Positions 23,214-34,761 of a stretch of DNA of 64,000 nucleotides are shown here, piece after piece (the first letter of the stretch is position 1; the number at the start of each line of letters is the position of its first letter). The stretch is from positions 15,624,001 to 15,688,000 of the forward strand of contig CP075495.1 of the NCBI GenBank assembly GCA_021613535.1, written 5' to 3'. The notes under the pieces were generated by a model. It was not told the origin of the DNA. It saw only the letters and a program-made list of their open reading frames with translations, and did no database searches. Position numbers and translations under genes: made by a program. The DNA is from Adineta vaga. Its lineage: Eukaryota > Animalia > Rotifera.

Positions 23214-24823
23214 AAGCGGGAATCAAAAGTTTAACACATTTTTTGTTAGTCGATTTTCTACATCAAGAGTCTTCTCTTAGCGACATCTATAAAACTCTTT
23301 TGATAGCTTTCATAACGGAACATAATATTAGTATGCTAAGATCTCAGAAGAAACTATTTTTATTTATTCAGAAAAAAAAATTTTTTTTTCATGTGATCAA
23401 AAGTTTAACACTTTTTTTTCGAATATTCGTATTTTAAAAAACATTTTCAAAAAACAGCTTTTGCCTACAGAAAAAGTAATTTATAATTTCATAAGAAGTG
23501 TCCACCTTTCGCTGCTAGACATTTTTGAATACGTTCAGGCATTGATTGGACCAATTTGAGGCATAAATCTTGATCGATAGTGTTCCATTCCTCTTGTAAA
23601 CGTTCCTTCAAAGCAGCCTTTGAATAAATTGGTTTGGCAGCTAGTTTCTTATCAATAATTGACCAGAGCATCTCGATGGGATTTAGATCTGGGCTCTTTG
23701 GAGCCCAGTCAAGAACATTCAGCTTCATTTGACGAATCTTTTGGTTAACGATTTTGGAGGTATGCCAGGGAGCCAGGTCCTGTTGAAATATTATTTCTTT
23801 TTTCTTTGGAATTTTTCGAATGGATTGCTTCAATTCGTGTTCCAACACATCACAGTATAAATTACTATTCATATTTTCTGTGTAAATCTTTGCTGCTGTT
23901 GTTCCAGCACCGGAAATTCCACCCCAGATGCCGACCTTACCACCATCACCTGTGTTAGTTTGTTCCAAACATTCTGGAAGAAGTTTTTCTTTGTCTAAAC
24001 GCCATATTTTGCATAGATTTTTTCGTTTTAACACGTAAAATGTCGATTCATCAGAAAAGATCACCTTTCGCCAATCATCAGGTGTCCAACTTGAATACTG
24101 AGTACACCAATCAATACGTTTTCGTCGATGTTTGGCCGTTAACCATTGTTTTTTTAATTTCACGACATATTCATAACCCAAATCTTTCAGATATCGACGC
24201 ACTGATACCACTGAGACTGGATTTGGTAAGCTAGTATTTAATTCAGATGTAACTCTGCTTGCACTAATTCGAACATCACCACGAATCAGTTTCTTCAAAT
24301 AATGAATATCACCACCAGTAATTTTTTTTGGACGTCCTGAACGTTTCATATCATTATAATGACCATGATTTTTGAATTTCTTGATAGCATTATGAATACA
24401 ACGTAGAGATATGCCGAGTTGTATTGAAATATCGATCTGTTTAATACCAGCATTGTGAAGGGCTACTATCTGGGCCCGAACAAAAGGATTAACAGGTTTT
24501 TTACCCATAAACAAATTAAATAATTCAAAGAAATTGAAGTATATTTATTAGTAGAAAAAAACAATAGTCAAAGACATACTGTATCCTTTGTCTCCCAGAG
24601 GAGAAAGGGCTCATTCGAAAAAAAAGTGTTAAACTTTTGATCACATGAAAAAAATATTTTTTTTTCTGAATAAATAAAAATAGTTTCTTCTGAGATCTTA
24701 GCATACTAATATTATGTTCCGTTATGAAAGCTATCAAAAGAGTTTTATAGATGTCGCTAAGAGAAGACTCTTGATGTAGAAAATCGACTAACAAAAAATG
24801 TATTAAACTTTTGATTCCCGCTT
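23214..24823 (-). mobile_element. Tc1-family transposon, IR/DR type, apparently intact
   Basis: TIRs of about 211 bp (23214-23424 and 24613-24823, 2 mismatches seen), flanked by TA on both sides. atcaaaagtttaa is repeated at both ends of each TIR. Confidence 0.95.
23489..24508 (-). CDS. Tc1 transposase (DD34E)
   Basis: Paired-like HTH with GRPKK, then FSDES, QQDLAPWH and SPDLNPIE, with 34 residues between the second D and E. No stops. Confidence 0.95.
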   Translation of the reverse strand: MGKKPVNPFVRAQIVALHNAGIKQIDISIQLGISLRCIHNAIKKFKNHGHYNDMKRSGRPKKITGGDIHYLKKLIRGDVRISASRVTSELNTSLPNPVSVVSVRRYLKDLGYEYVVKLKKQWLTAKHRRKRIDWCTQYSSWTPDDWRKVIFSDESTFYVLKRKNLCKIWRLDKEKLLPECLEQTNTGDGGKVGIWGGISGAGTTAAKIYTENMNSNLYCDVLEHELKQSIRKIPKKKEIIFQQDLAPWHTSKIVNQKIRQMKLNVLDWAPKSPDLNPIEMLWSIIDKKLAAKPIYSKAALKERLQEEWNTIDQDLCLKLVQSMPERIQKCLAAKGGHFL

Positions 24824-27800
24824 TAGTATCTACTCACAGAAAACGATCGGAAAGTCAAGCGAACCGACCGTGTTTCACCGGTTCCTATCAGACGCATTAA
24901 TATATCATATGGACTTTCAGCAGATTACTGAAAACTACAACAAAAATTACCCGAGGAAACTAAGGATAACATCAACATTAGACCGAATTCTAGCCCGCCT
25001 CCATTGCATTCCGTTCCCATTACACCGAAATCCACTTGGATTAAGATGGATTACACTGAAATCCACCTGGATTACGATGGATTACATTGAATATCACCAT
25101 GACTACACGTAATTTTAGGTAGATTAGACCTAATTCTATCACAACGGTGAATTTAAGCCGAAAAAATGAGATTATCTGATTTCGACGATTGTTTTTGGAT
25201 TTTGAAATTAAAAAATGCACCGCTATATATAGACCCCCATGAGTAATCCAGATTGCGATGATTATTTGAATTAATTCAGAATTACTGGATTTCGATGGTT
25301 ATGTTTGGATTTCAAATATGTAATAGTCATCCCTATATAAATAGCCCCACCAGTAATATGGATTGTCATTGTCATTGTAATGAATTGTGGATTACTGGAT
25401 TTTGATGATTTTTCTTGGGTTTCATATCATAGGTTTATTCGACAGTTTGCGAATGATTAGGTGAAGATTTGCCACCAAATTATTGATCATATGATAGATA
25501 GCATCACAATTCCTTCGTAAGGTATCTTCGTTGAAAGGAATTTTCTCTACTTTTACTGGCTTCAATACATTTTCAATATATTTATTACAATATTGGGGCA
25601 TAGTAATATTCAAAAATACTAATGATTACGAACAACTATGTGATTCTTATGTATTGATATCTGAAGTGAAGTTAATAAGTTTGAACAAAGCGCTTTGGTT
25701 GAAATGTCTTTACCGATATGTAATAAGTTTCTGGGATTAATCTCAACATCATTATATCGCTAAACTGTCAGATGAGTGATAAATAATCTCACTATCATTT
25801 GTACTGAGATTTTCCACTTGATTTGTATTGTTAAGATTCTCTTTACTTTCCAAAAGATTTTTATCTATCTGCATTTTCAATTGATAATCAATCTCGGCTT
25901 TTTCTGTGATGTTATTTTGTAAACCGATATGAAATGGGAGTTTTTAAATAACACCCGGTAATTCATCATCATTTAGTGATTATTCATAATAAAGTTCATG
26001 TTTTTTTCATTGTACTGTCATTATGTGGCATTGAACTTTTCGAATTTTTTCTTTTCGCAAAATCCAGAACTTTGCTGAGATCAAGCATCGATGTTGAAAA
26101 TATCGATAAAATCTTTTCAGAAAAATTATTCAAAGTTAAAACTGATATCATGATCAGGATGATGATGATGTTTAACCCTTTACGGCCGGCTACCAGAAAA
26201 CAACAAGAAAAAAGTTATCTTGAATAAAAATTGATAATATAGAAAATCCTCTCATAACTATCGCCTTTCTTTTAGATCTTTTGTTAGAATTTATTAAAAT
26301 AAGAAGCAGAATAAATACATTAATTATGTATCATTGAAGAAATAATCTGCAAATTTGTACAGTGGACATGAACAATCGGAAGTGCAAGAAAATATGTGCA
26401 GGAATACAATTTATATATATCATTGTCCAAATTGTTCTAAGTGAAAATCAATCAATTCATAATTCGTCATTGACATTGAAAAGCAATTTTCACAAAAATG
26501 AATACAAAAATCGACTATTTGATTATGTAGTCGGTAGAAATTCATTCTATAAGTTCAGGAAGACATCATTTTTATCTGATGTTAATTTGATTTCTTGCAA
26601 TTCACGATACCCAGTGAAAAATTTTCATGATTAGAATTGCTTAAAATTTCAAAATCCTATAGGGATAATCATAATCAAAAATCTGATTTTTTTGCAACAG
26701 CATCAAAATTAAAACCAATTAAAATCTGAGTAATTTCTAGATTACAATCAGATTGATGACTTCGATTACAGTTGACTAGTAATTAATTTTGACCACTTAC
26801 TGTATGATTAGACGATCATCTCGGTAGATCCTAAAGTGAAAGAGACCACAATGAGGGATTTTTGTGACGGAAAATTTTGAATATTCAAGTCTAGAAACAG
26901 CTCTGAGTACACATTGGCCATTTTTTTTAGTCAATGTCAAAGATATCATCGAGAAGACGGTAATTGTCGAAAGATTAGATGAAGATTGTTGCGTTTCCTG
27001 TTTGGCGAATCTTATTCATAGTCCGTGTAAAAATAAACGGTAAAAATTTGATTTTAATCGCTTCTTTTCATGATAAAAAATGTATTAAAATGGTACGACT
27101 TTCATCAAGTTATTGTCAGATTTTTATTTAGAAAAAAATGTATTAAAATCCACCATTTGTGAAAAACCAATTTTAATCGGTTTCTATGGAAGAAGATCGA
27201 TTTAAATCTAAATCATCAATATTTCTTCATATGCGGATGAACATCGAACGATATTATCGGTCGAAGTATGACAAGGGAAATAGATTGCTCTACTCTCGTA
27301 ACTGCTATTTGTCTACGAGAGGATTCTAAGAAAAGTCGAGAAAATACGGTTTTCCTAAAGTACAGCTAAAATCAATTACGATTATTTCGGGTTTTCTCAT
27401 TTTTTATGATTTTAATCTAGTTTTTCAAAAAATAATCCATTAGAGCAATTTTTCCAGGATTTAATCGGATAAAATCTATTTGTACTTATTAAAAGCGAAA
27501 AAAACCGTTAAAATCAATTATTTTTCTTTATGTAATGGATTTTAACAGATTAAAAACAAAAAAATTTATTAAAATTGATTGTGTTTGACGTTATAGTGGA
27601 TCACAATGGATGAAAAATATAAAAATCCGTTACAATCAATTGATGGATCAAGTTTATTCGAAAAATGATATGTAAAATCAGATTTTACTGATTTTCTTGA
27701 GGAAATAATTTTAATCATATTTTTCATAAGTCTTTTTTACATGGAAGTTCATAAACTTTTTCGGCTTTCGAAGGATTTGAAGAATGTCTTTTTTCTTACC

Positions 27801-28468
27801 TGTTGTACACGATTGAAATCAAATCTATGTGAAGTAATTTATATTTTTTTTCGAGATATATAGAATGTATAATAAACTATCAATGATAGTCTATCATCGA
27901 TTTTAGAAAGAATTAAACAGTGTGCATCAGAAGTGTCCACAGAGAAAGTGAAGAATATGCCCTGCGGACATCTCGGATATGCATATTGCAAAACTACAAG
28001 TGTTGCATCTCCTTAGTTGGTACGGACATAAGAGGTAACTACAAATCTTAGTTTCGCCGAGGAGAAACTATTCAAATGAACCAGTCGACGATGATCAAAA
28101 TAGTTTATATACGCTTTCATTCAGTAATCGATTATAATGAATACTTAATTAGAAAATCGAATTTCATTTAATTGAGATTTTAATCTATTAGTTGAATTAA
28201 AACTCACTTCTTGAAATATCTTTGACTTTGGACCAATTTATCAATTAAAATAGATTGATAATTGTAGAATATGATTTTTTACAATTGAGATTTTAATCGA
28301 TTCAAAATCATAAAATCAAAGGACACCGCCGGGTTTTGACGCAAATCTGCCACCCTTTAAATTCAATCTGAAATAGGTTAGAAAGTACAGGTATATGCTT
28401 CTGGATGTCTCTACACACTTTCTTTTCCAAAAATCATACGAAAAGAAAAAAACTGTGTATGTATTTTC

Positions 28469-29411
28469 CAGGGCTGCCATCTGCTCAGGGTCGAAATGGG
28501 GTACAAAAATTTCTAAATGGGGTACAAGTGAGGTACAATACTACTTTAAATGGGGGTACACATGTTCTTTCTGAGTAACAATAGCTGTGAATGTGAAATC
28601 GATTTTGAACACTGGTTTTTACCTTATAAGATTATTTGCAATTTTTGTTCGTTTTGAAAGTTCTATTCAGGTTCTAGCTTTTATTTTAAAACAACTAGTT
28701 TACATAGACATGTCTTCTCGCGATATCTATCTGTTCAAAAAATAATAACAAATATCCACTTAAAGTAGATGTTCTACGTTTGAATTAGCGAATACACGTA
28801 TTTCACATAACTGTTTCGGTTTGATTTTCGCAAATTTGATCAATTCTGAGTGAGATTGCGCAAAAAATCAAAATCTTCTGATTTCATGGTAGCACTCACT
28901 AAATCGTGTCGTTAATTCAGTATCAATTGTTTCAGTTAGCACTTTTATGATAGAAAACTGTGACTGATAAGGAACAAGATTATATTTCGATTGCGTGACT
29001 AAAACTGGAAAAGACAAGGAGGTACAAATACTGAAAATAAGAATAGCACTATTATGCCCTTGTCAACAATTTGGTCAATAGAATTGAGTCTTCATGTCTC
29101 TATGCAAATGAAAATTTCAATTATAGCCAAGGTGGAACAAACTGATTTCCAGTGATTTCTACTGCTTTCAAAAGAGGTCGACTTCCAGGTGCAATCAGTG
29201 GAAATCACCTGAAATCTTGGAGCTAAATGTATCAGATATAATGATTTCTGGCTAGAAATCAGTTTGTTCTCCCTTGATTATAGTCAATAAATTTATTAAT
29301 TATAGCAAAATATGATTTAATCTTATACAAAAAGAAATGATCCAAAGTGGGGTACAAATTGTCGAAATGGAGTATACTGTACCCCCAAATGAGGTACGGA
29401 TGGCAGCCCTG
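28469..29411. mobile_element. Non-autonomous hAT-like element
   Basis: Perfect 13-bp TIR CAGGGCTGCCATC with subterminal tggggtac repeats at both ends. Flanks gtattttc/gttatttc match at only 6 of 8 positions. Confidence 0.75.
29122..29282. mobile_element. MITE nested inside the hAT-like element
   Basis: Imperfect TIRs of about 29 bp: tatagccaaggtggaacaaactgatttc / gaaatcagtttgttctcccttgattata. Confidence 0.65.
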
Positions 29412-29881
29412 GTTATTTCTAATGAAGATAAATTTAAAGTTTCATTAAGATTATCTTTTTCATATTCAACAAGTTTTTCTTCTAATTTAAAATTTCTTTT
29501 CATTTCAACAACAATTGTTAAATCATTTGCTGTAGTTGATATTTCAGTTTTTTCCAAAGATTGAACAAGATCTTTTTCTTCTGACTTGAAAAAAAAAGAT
29601 TGTTTCATTAAATCTTCATAATTTTGATTATCAAATTCATTATGAATATCTTCTTTAATTGACGAATGTTCAGATTCTTCAAATTTAACTTTTAATTTCG
29701 ATTTATTTGTTCTGAAAATAATAAAAATATGAAAATAATAAAAAATATCTGCATAAAACATTACTTGTTCTTTCCTTTTTCATTATGTTTTATTGAAATT
29801 TTTCTTTTTTGCTTTTGTTTTTTGATTTTTTCGCGATGAATTCTTTCCGTCTTCATCAGAATTTTCTTGAAACGACTCCAT
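29412..29881 (-). pseudogene. 5' part of the RNI-LRR gene, truncated at its 3' end by the hAT TIR
   Basis: ATG at 29881, Lys-rich exon with a frameshift in an A-run near 29800, and an intron at about 29712-29764. The DLTIVVEMKRNFKLEEKL...LSSLEI segment is shared with 19728-19838. Confidence 0.7.
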
Positions 29882-30531
29882 TTTATAAAAATAATTTCTA
29901 TTTATTCTTACAAAACATTGAAAACAACTAATCAATAATAATCATCTCCGTTGCATGATTATACTAAATCTTTTTATTTTCAAATAAGCTTAATAAGAGA
30001 AAATTCTTTTGTTGTTTTTTTGCGTATCATAAAAAGTTCATATATGTATAACTCGATACTTATATTCAACTTTTCAATATTTTTTGCAATATCATTGAAA
30101 ATCCATGTCGTATTGAAAGGATCTTTGAATCAAAAATAAAGAAAAGTTTTTCAGGTCATTTAGCGAATCTTTATTGTTGCTGAATTTCGATTAAAACAAA
30201 TGATACACGTGAAGAAATTCGAGAAGATTTAAAATCATTGAATGAAAAATTTTCTTTTTTATTTTATCGAAATTCTCTAGAATATTATTATTTATTATTG
30301 TATGACGATTAAATCCTTCGATTTCAAAAAACAAAACCTACACTATTTGTTCTTTTTTTTCAAATACAAATAATAATGACGTCAAAATAACCTATTATCA
30401 AAATATTTTACTAGATTTTTTTTAGAAACTATATGTTTCATTGGTTACAATCTTTCATATCTTTTGTAAGACATATGATAATATACTTTTATATAAAGAA
30501 GAAAAAAAATATTAAAATAGTTTTTAAAAAA

Positions 30532-31614
30532 ATGATCTTTCGTTTAGTTCTTTGTTTTTCATTGTTTTATCTTCAATGTCAATCATTGAATTGTCCAGAT
30601 AATGAAACATTAAATATGGAAAGTGATGGTTATCGATATTTAAGAAAAAAAGATCCATTAATTTCATCATTATATCGTGAATGGTGGTTTTTTGCTTTAT
30701 ATGATCCTTTAATTGATATTGGATTTTGTGTAGGTTATAGTGTAGCTGATCCAGCTAAAACATTTAATTTACAAATGTCTGGTGTGGCTGGAATGTTATG
30801 GACATCAACAAAAAATAATTCAAATGAAAATTTAATAAATCTATTAGATCAATATAATTTTACTGATTTTTCTGCTTATAAAGAAAATGCAACTGTTTAT
30901 ATTGGAAAAAATAATTTTATTAAAGTTTTAAATCCAACAACATATCAATTAATTGGAAAATCTCTTGATAATCAAATGAATTGGCAATTCATATTTCAAC
31001 AAATGTCATATCCATGTCAACAAGGTGAAGATGTTCCTGAATTACTTGAACTTGATTGGATATCTTATATGCCAAGTGCATATGTATCAGGATTTATTCA
31101 ATATAAAAATCAAACATATTTAATTAATACAACTGCTTATCATGATCATAATTATGGAGCATGGCCAACAAATCTTTTTAATTGGATTTGGGCACAATTT
31201 CATCGAATTGATAAAGAATTTTCATTAGTTTTAGGTAGTTATCATATTCCAGGAACAAAAGATTCTTATATTGGTTATGTTTTTATACGTTGGAAAAATT
31301 TACGTATTAAAATTGGAACTTTATGTGAAGATCATTTTCATTTAAAACCATTAGAATGGCAAATTATTGATGGAAAGAAATATTCAATTCATAATCAAAT
31401 TCAAACATTTAATCAACAATATAAAATTGAAATTGATTATAAAGCTAAAGTTAGTGATAACAATCCTGGTGGAAGAGGTTTAGGATTAAAAGTATTTGAA
31501 CAAATTTCATTTTATCAAGTTATTCTTTATGGAAAACAAGGAAATGAATGGATTGTTTTAGAAGAAGATCTATCAGGTTATGGTTTTAGTGAATGGAGTC
31601 ATGCTCATATTTGA
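30532..31614 (+). CDS. Secreted tocopherol-cyclase/AttH(CrtC)-like beta-barrel protein
   Basis: Signal peptide MIFRLVLCFSLFYLQCQS; YREWWFF and AYHDHNYG..P...NWIWAQ motifs; intronless. Confidence 0.7.
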   Translation: MIFRLVLCFSLFYLQCQSLNCPDNETLNMESDGYRYLRKKDPLISSLYREWWFFALYDPLIDIGFCVGYSVADPAKTFNLQMSGVAGMLWTSTKNNSNENLINLLDQYNFTDFSAYKENATVYIGKNNFIKVLNPTTYQLIGKSLDNQMNWQFIFQQMSYPCQQGEDVPELLELDWISYMPSAYVSGFIQYKNQTYLINTTAYHDHNYGAWPTNLFNWIWAQFHRIDKEFSLVLGSYHIPGTKDSYIGYVFIRWKNLRIKIGTLCEDHFHLKPLEWQIIDGKKYSIHNQIQTFNQQYKIEIDYKAKVSDNNPGGRGLGLKVFEQISFYQVILYGKQGNEWIVLEEDLSGYGFSEWSHAHI

Positions 31615-31625
31615 CTTTTTTTTAT

Positions 31626-33906
31626 TTAAAAAACAATTTCAATATTTCGATTCATTTCAAAAAAATCAATAAAACGTTCATTACCATCGGTAACAATTCG
31701 ATTATTCGAAAGATCAAGTTTCATTAATGTCTAAAATGATGAATTAGAAAAAGAAAAAGATAAAAAATTAAATTTACATTATTATCTCGTAAATCATTGA
31801 TAAGATGCATTGCTCCATGTATTGTTATATAATTATCTTTGAGAATAAGTGTTGTTAAAACCTTTAACAAAAAAAGATTTTCATTGAATAATTAAATATA
31901 AACAATTTTCATACTTTATTTTCAGCAAGCATATAAATTAAACATTCAATTCCTCGATCAGTTATTCCATTATTTGATAAATCAAGAAGAATTAATGTCT
32001 AATAGGAGAATTCTATCGAATACGAATATAAAGATAATCAACAAACTTGATTTTGTCGTAAAACATTGGAAAATATTTGAATTCCTTTTAAACTAAGATT
32101 TGTTTTTTCTAAATATAATTCATTTAATGTCTATTGAAAGAAAATATAGAAGAAAACAATTATATCTAAGATTTTACTTGATTTATTAGAAGAGCATTTG
32201 CAAGTTATTGAGCTCCTTGAAAATTTATGGAATTTATTCCAAGATGAAGTTTATTTAATGTCTAAATTAATTTTTAAAAAAAAGAAAATTATTGAAAAGA
32301 AATACAAATTTTTGACTTGATTTTGTATTAAAACATTTGCTAAATATTGTGCACCTTCAATACCAATTGAATTATCTTCAAGATAAAGTGTTATTAAGAT
32401 CTATTTATATAAATTTTAATAAAAATTAAAAAAAAAGAATTATCTATCTACTTGATTTTTGATTAAAACATTAGAAATATAAAATATTCCTTGATCCATT
32501 ATTTGATTATGTTTTAATTGAAGATTTAAAAGTGTCTAAGAATAAAACTAAATATTATAATTATAAATTCATTTGTTATATACTTGATTTTTCATTAAAC
32601 CTATTGAAATATATTGAATTCCTTTTATACCAATACGATTAGAATTAAGATTTAATGATTTTAATCCCTAAATTAATATTAATTTTATTAAAATAATTTA
32701 ACAAAAGGAATATAAAACTTTATTTCTTAAGAGAAAATTTCCAATGACTTTTGCTCCTTCAACACCAATATCATTGAATGAAAGATCAAGTGACGTTAAT
32801 GTCTATATCGATAGAAAATTAAAAGAAAATAAATTAATTAAAAATTCTTTTTACTTGATTATATTGTAAAATATTATTAAAATATTCAATTCCTTGATCA
32901 TTTATTTGATTATTTTCTAATTCAAGTATTTCAATTGTCTTAAATAAACGAAAATAGAAATGAAAATATAATTATTAATATTACTTGATTATTAAGAAGA
33001 TAATTTGATAAATATTGTGCTCCTTCTATTCCTAATTTATTAATTCCAAGATTTAATTTAATCAATGTCTATATGAGAGAAATAAATAAAAATAAATAAT
33101 TCAAATAGAAAAAATCCTTTTACTTTATTCTTCTCTAAAGCTTTAACTAAATATTGAATATGTTTTGAACCAATTTGATTCAATCGAAATTGAAGTATTT
33201 GAAGTATCTTTAAAAAATAAATTATATTAAAATAAAAAACAATTTAAATCATTGATTTACTTTATTTGTTTCTAAAGAATTACTTAAATATTTAATTCCA
33301 TCAAGATCAATTGTATTTCCTTCAATATACAATTCCGTTAGAATCTATTGAAAGAAAAATGTATTGAATAGAAACAAGATAAAATAAATAACTTGATTTA
33401 ATGAAAGAACATTTGCAAGATATTGAAATCCTTGAGAAGTTATTTTATTCCATGAAAGATCAAGTATTCTAAGTGACTGAGAAAGGAATTCATTAAGAAT
33501 GAAAAAAAAATATTTACTTTATTATTTAATAATACATTGAAGAAATTCTTTTCATTGATTTCAATATGATCGATTTTTAATTTTGTTAATATCTTCATAA
33601 TTTTAATTAAAATAGAAAAGAAAATTTGAAAAATCTTACGTGATTTTCTTGTAAAATATTTTCAAGATGTTTAATATTTTTTAATGAAATTTTATTTGGA
33701 GTTAAATGAAATGTTTTCAATGTCTATTAGAACGATTTTATTCTAATATTAATAATAATCAAAAAGTCTATTCTAACCTGATATCGATTATATGAATTAA
33801 TAATTGAATTGAGTTGTAAACAAACATTTCGACATGATAAAACAATTGTTAGATCATCAAGATAATCAAGAATTCGATAGATTAATTCAGCAGGTAATTT
33901 ATTCAT
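31626..33906 (-). CDS. F-box plus RNI-type LRR protein, about 17 exons
   Basis: Starts MNKLPAELIYRILDYLD (F-box), followed by a run of exons of about 84 bp, each encoding one TLxxLxLxxNxIxxxGxxxLxxxLxxNQ repeat and separated by introns of about 50 bp. Stop at 31626-31628. Confidence 0.85.
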
Positions 33907-34761
33907 TCTTGATGAATATTTCGTTTGAATTTGTAAATATTTGTGTCAACATAACGAATTAGCGACATCTCTTTTCTTTTTTTAAGATTTGTTTTTTTGA
34001 AGAGAATAATTAAGTATAATGTACATTTCATTTTCATCGTTAATTCGTTCAGAAATGGGTCAAAAACGAAAATGTTTATTTAGTAAAAAAGTTCGATCAA
34101 ATGATAATAAACCAACAACAAGAACTATAAAAGAAAGAAGTTCAATATGATTGTATTCATCAAGATTCAACTCGACGAGCACAAGGAAAAATTACGGAAA
34201 TTTTAACTGAAGCTAAAGTAATTGAAAAAATTTTCGATATTGATCAATCGAGATTATAGGTTATTGAGTACATTTTTTATTTATTGAATAAATATCAATT
34301 CAGTCTTGCGACTTTCTATATTGATAAATTGCGTTTAATACAGATTGATTAAAAAGGATGAGAAGAAATCTGATCCTATACTCATTCTTTCATTTAGTAA
34401 TACTGTTTTCGTTAGTTTCTAATAAAACAATTTCTTTTACTCGAAACAGAAAAAGAAATTGATCAATTTTATTAAACGTCTTGTAATAAAAGAAGTTAGA
34501 TGACTTATGTTGAGATTTTTTGATTCATTATTAAACTATTTTTGTTTTTGTATGCACACATGTCTTATTGAAAAGGTTTTGTTAAATATAAATAAATAGA
34601 GACAATAATCATCGGTTGAAAGAATATTTACAAAATAATTCAGAGTAAATATCATAAATGTAAAAAAAATCTGAATAGGATTAGAAGAAAAGAAAATACT
34701 TGAAGATTATTTGAATATAAGAGATAAGAAAAGAAACGAGTTGATAGCGAATTGATAAAAG

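Larger units (their letters stand above)
23000..28320. mobile_element. Nested tract of decayed DNA transposons hosting the Tc1 insertion
   Basis: Begins cccaggtg with tccga/tcgga sub-repeats and resumes after 24825. Tandem sub-repeats of about 30 bp at 25020-25090, ORF remnants with many stops, a TTAA|CCCTTT piggyBac-like end at 26172, and aaaatc/gatttt microrepeats. Outer boundaries are uncertain. Confidence 0.5.

Noticed and set aside
23243-24794. Near-identical ORFs 23243-23437 (+) and 24525-24794 (-)
   Set aside because: They are translations of the two Tc1 TIRs, not genes.
31626-33780. Repeats with about 135-bp periodicity resembling a CRISPR array or satellite
   Set aside because: The period is an 84-bp LRR exon plus an intron of about 50 bp. 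There are no identical repeats, no spacers and no cas genes.
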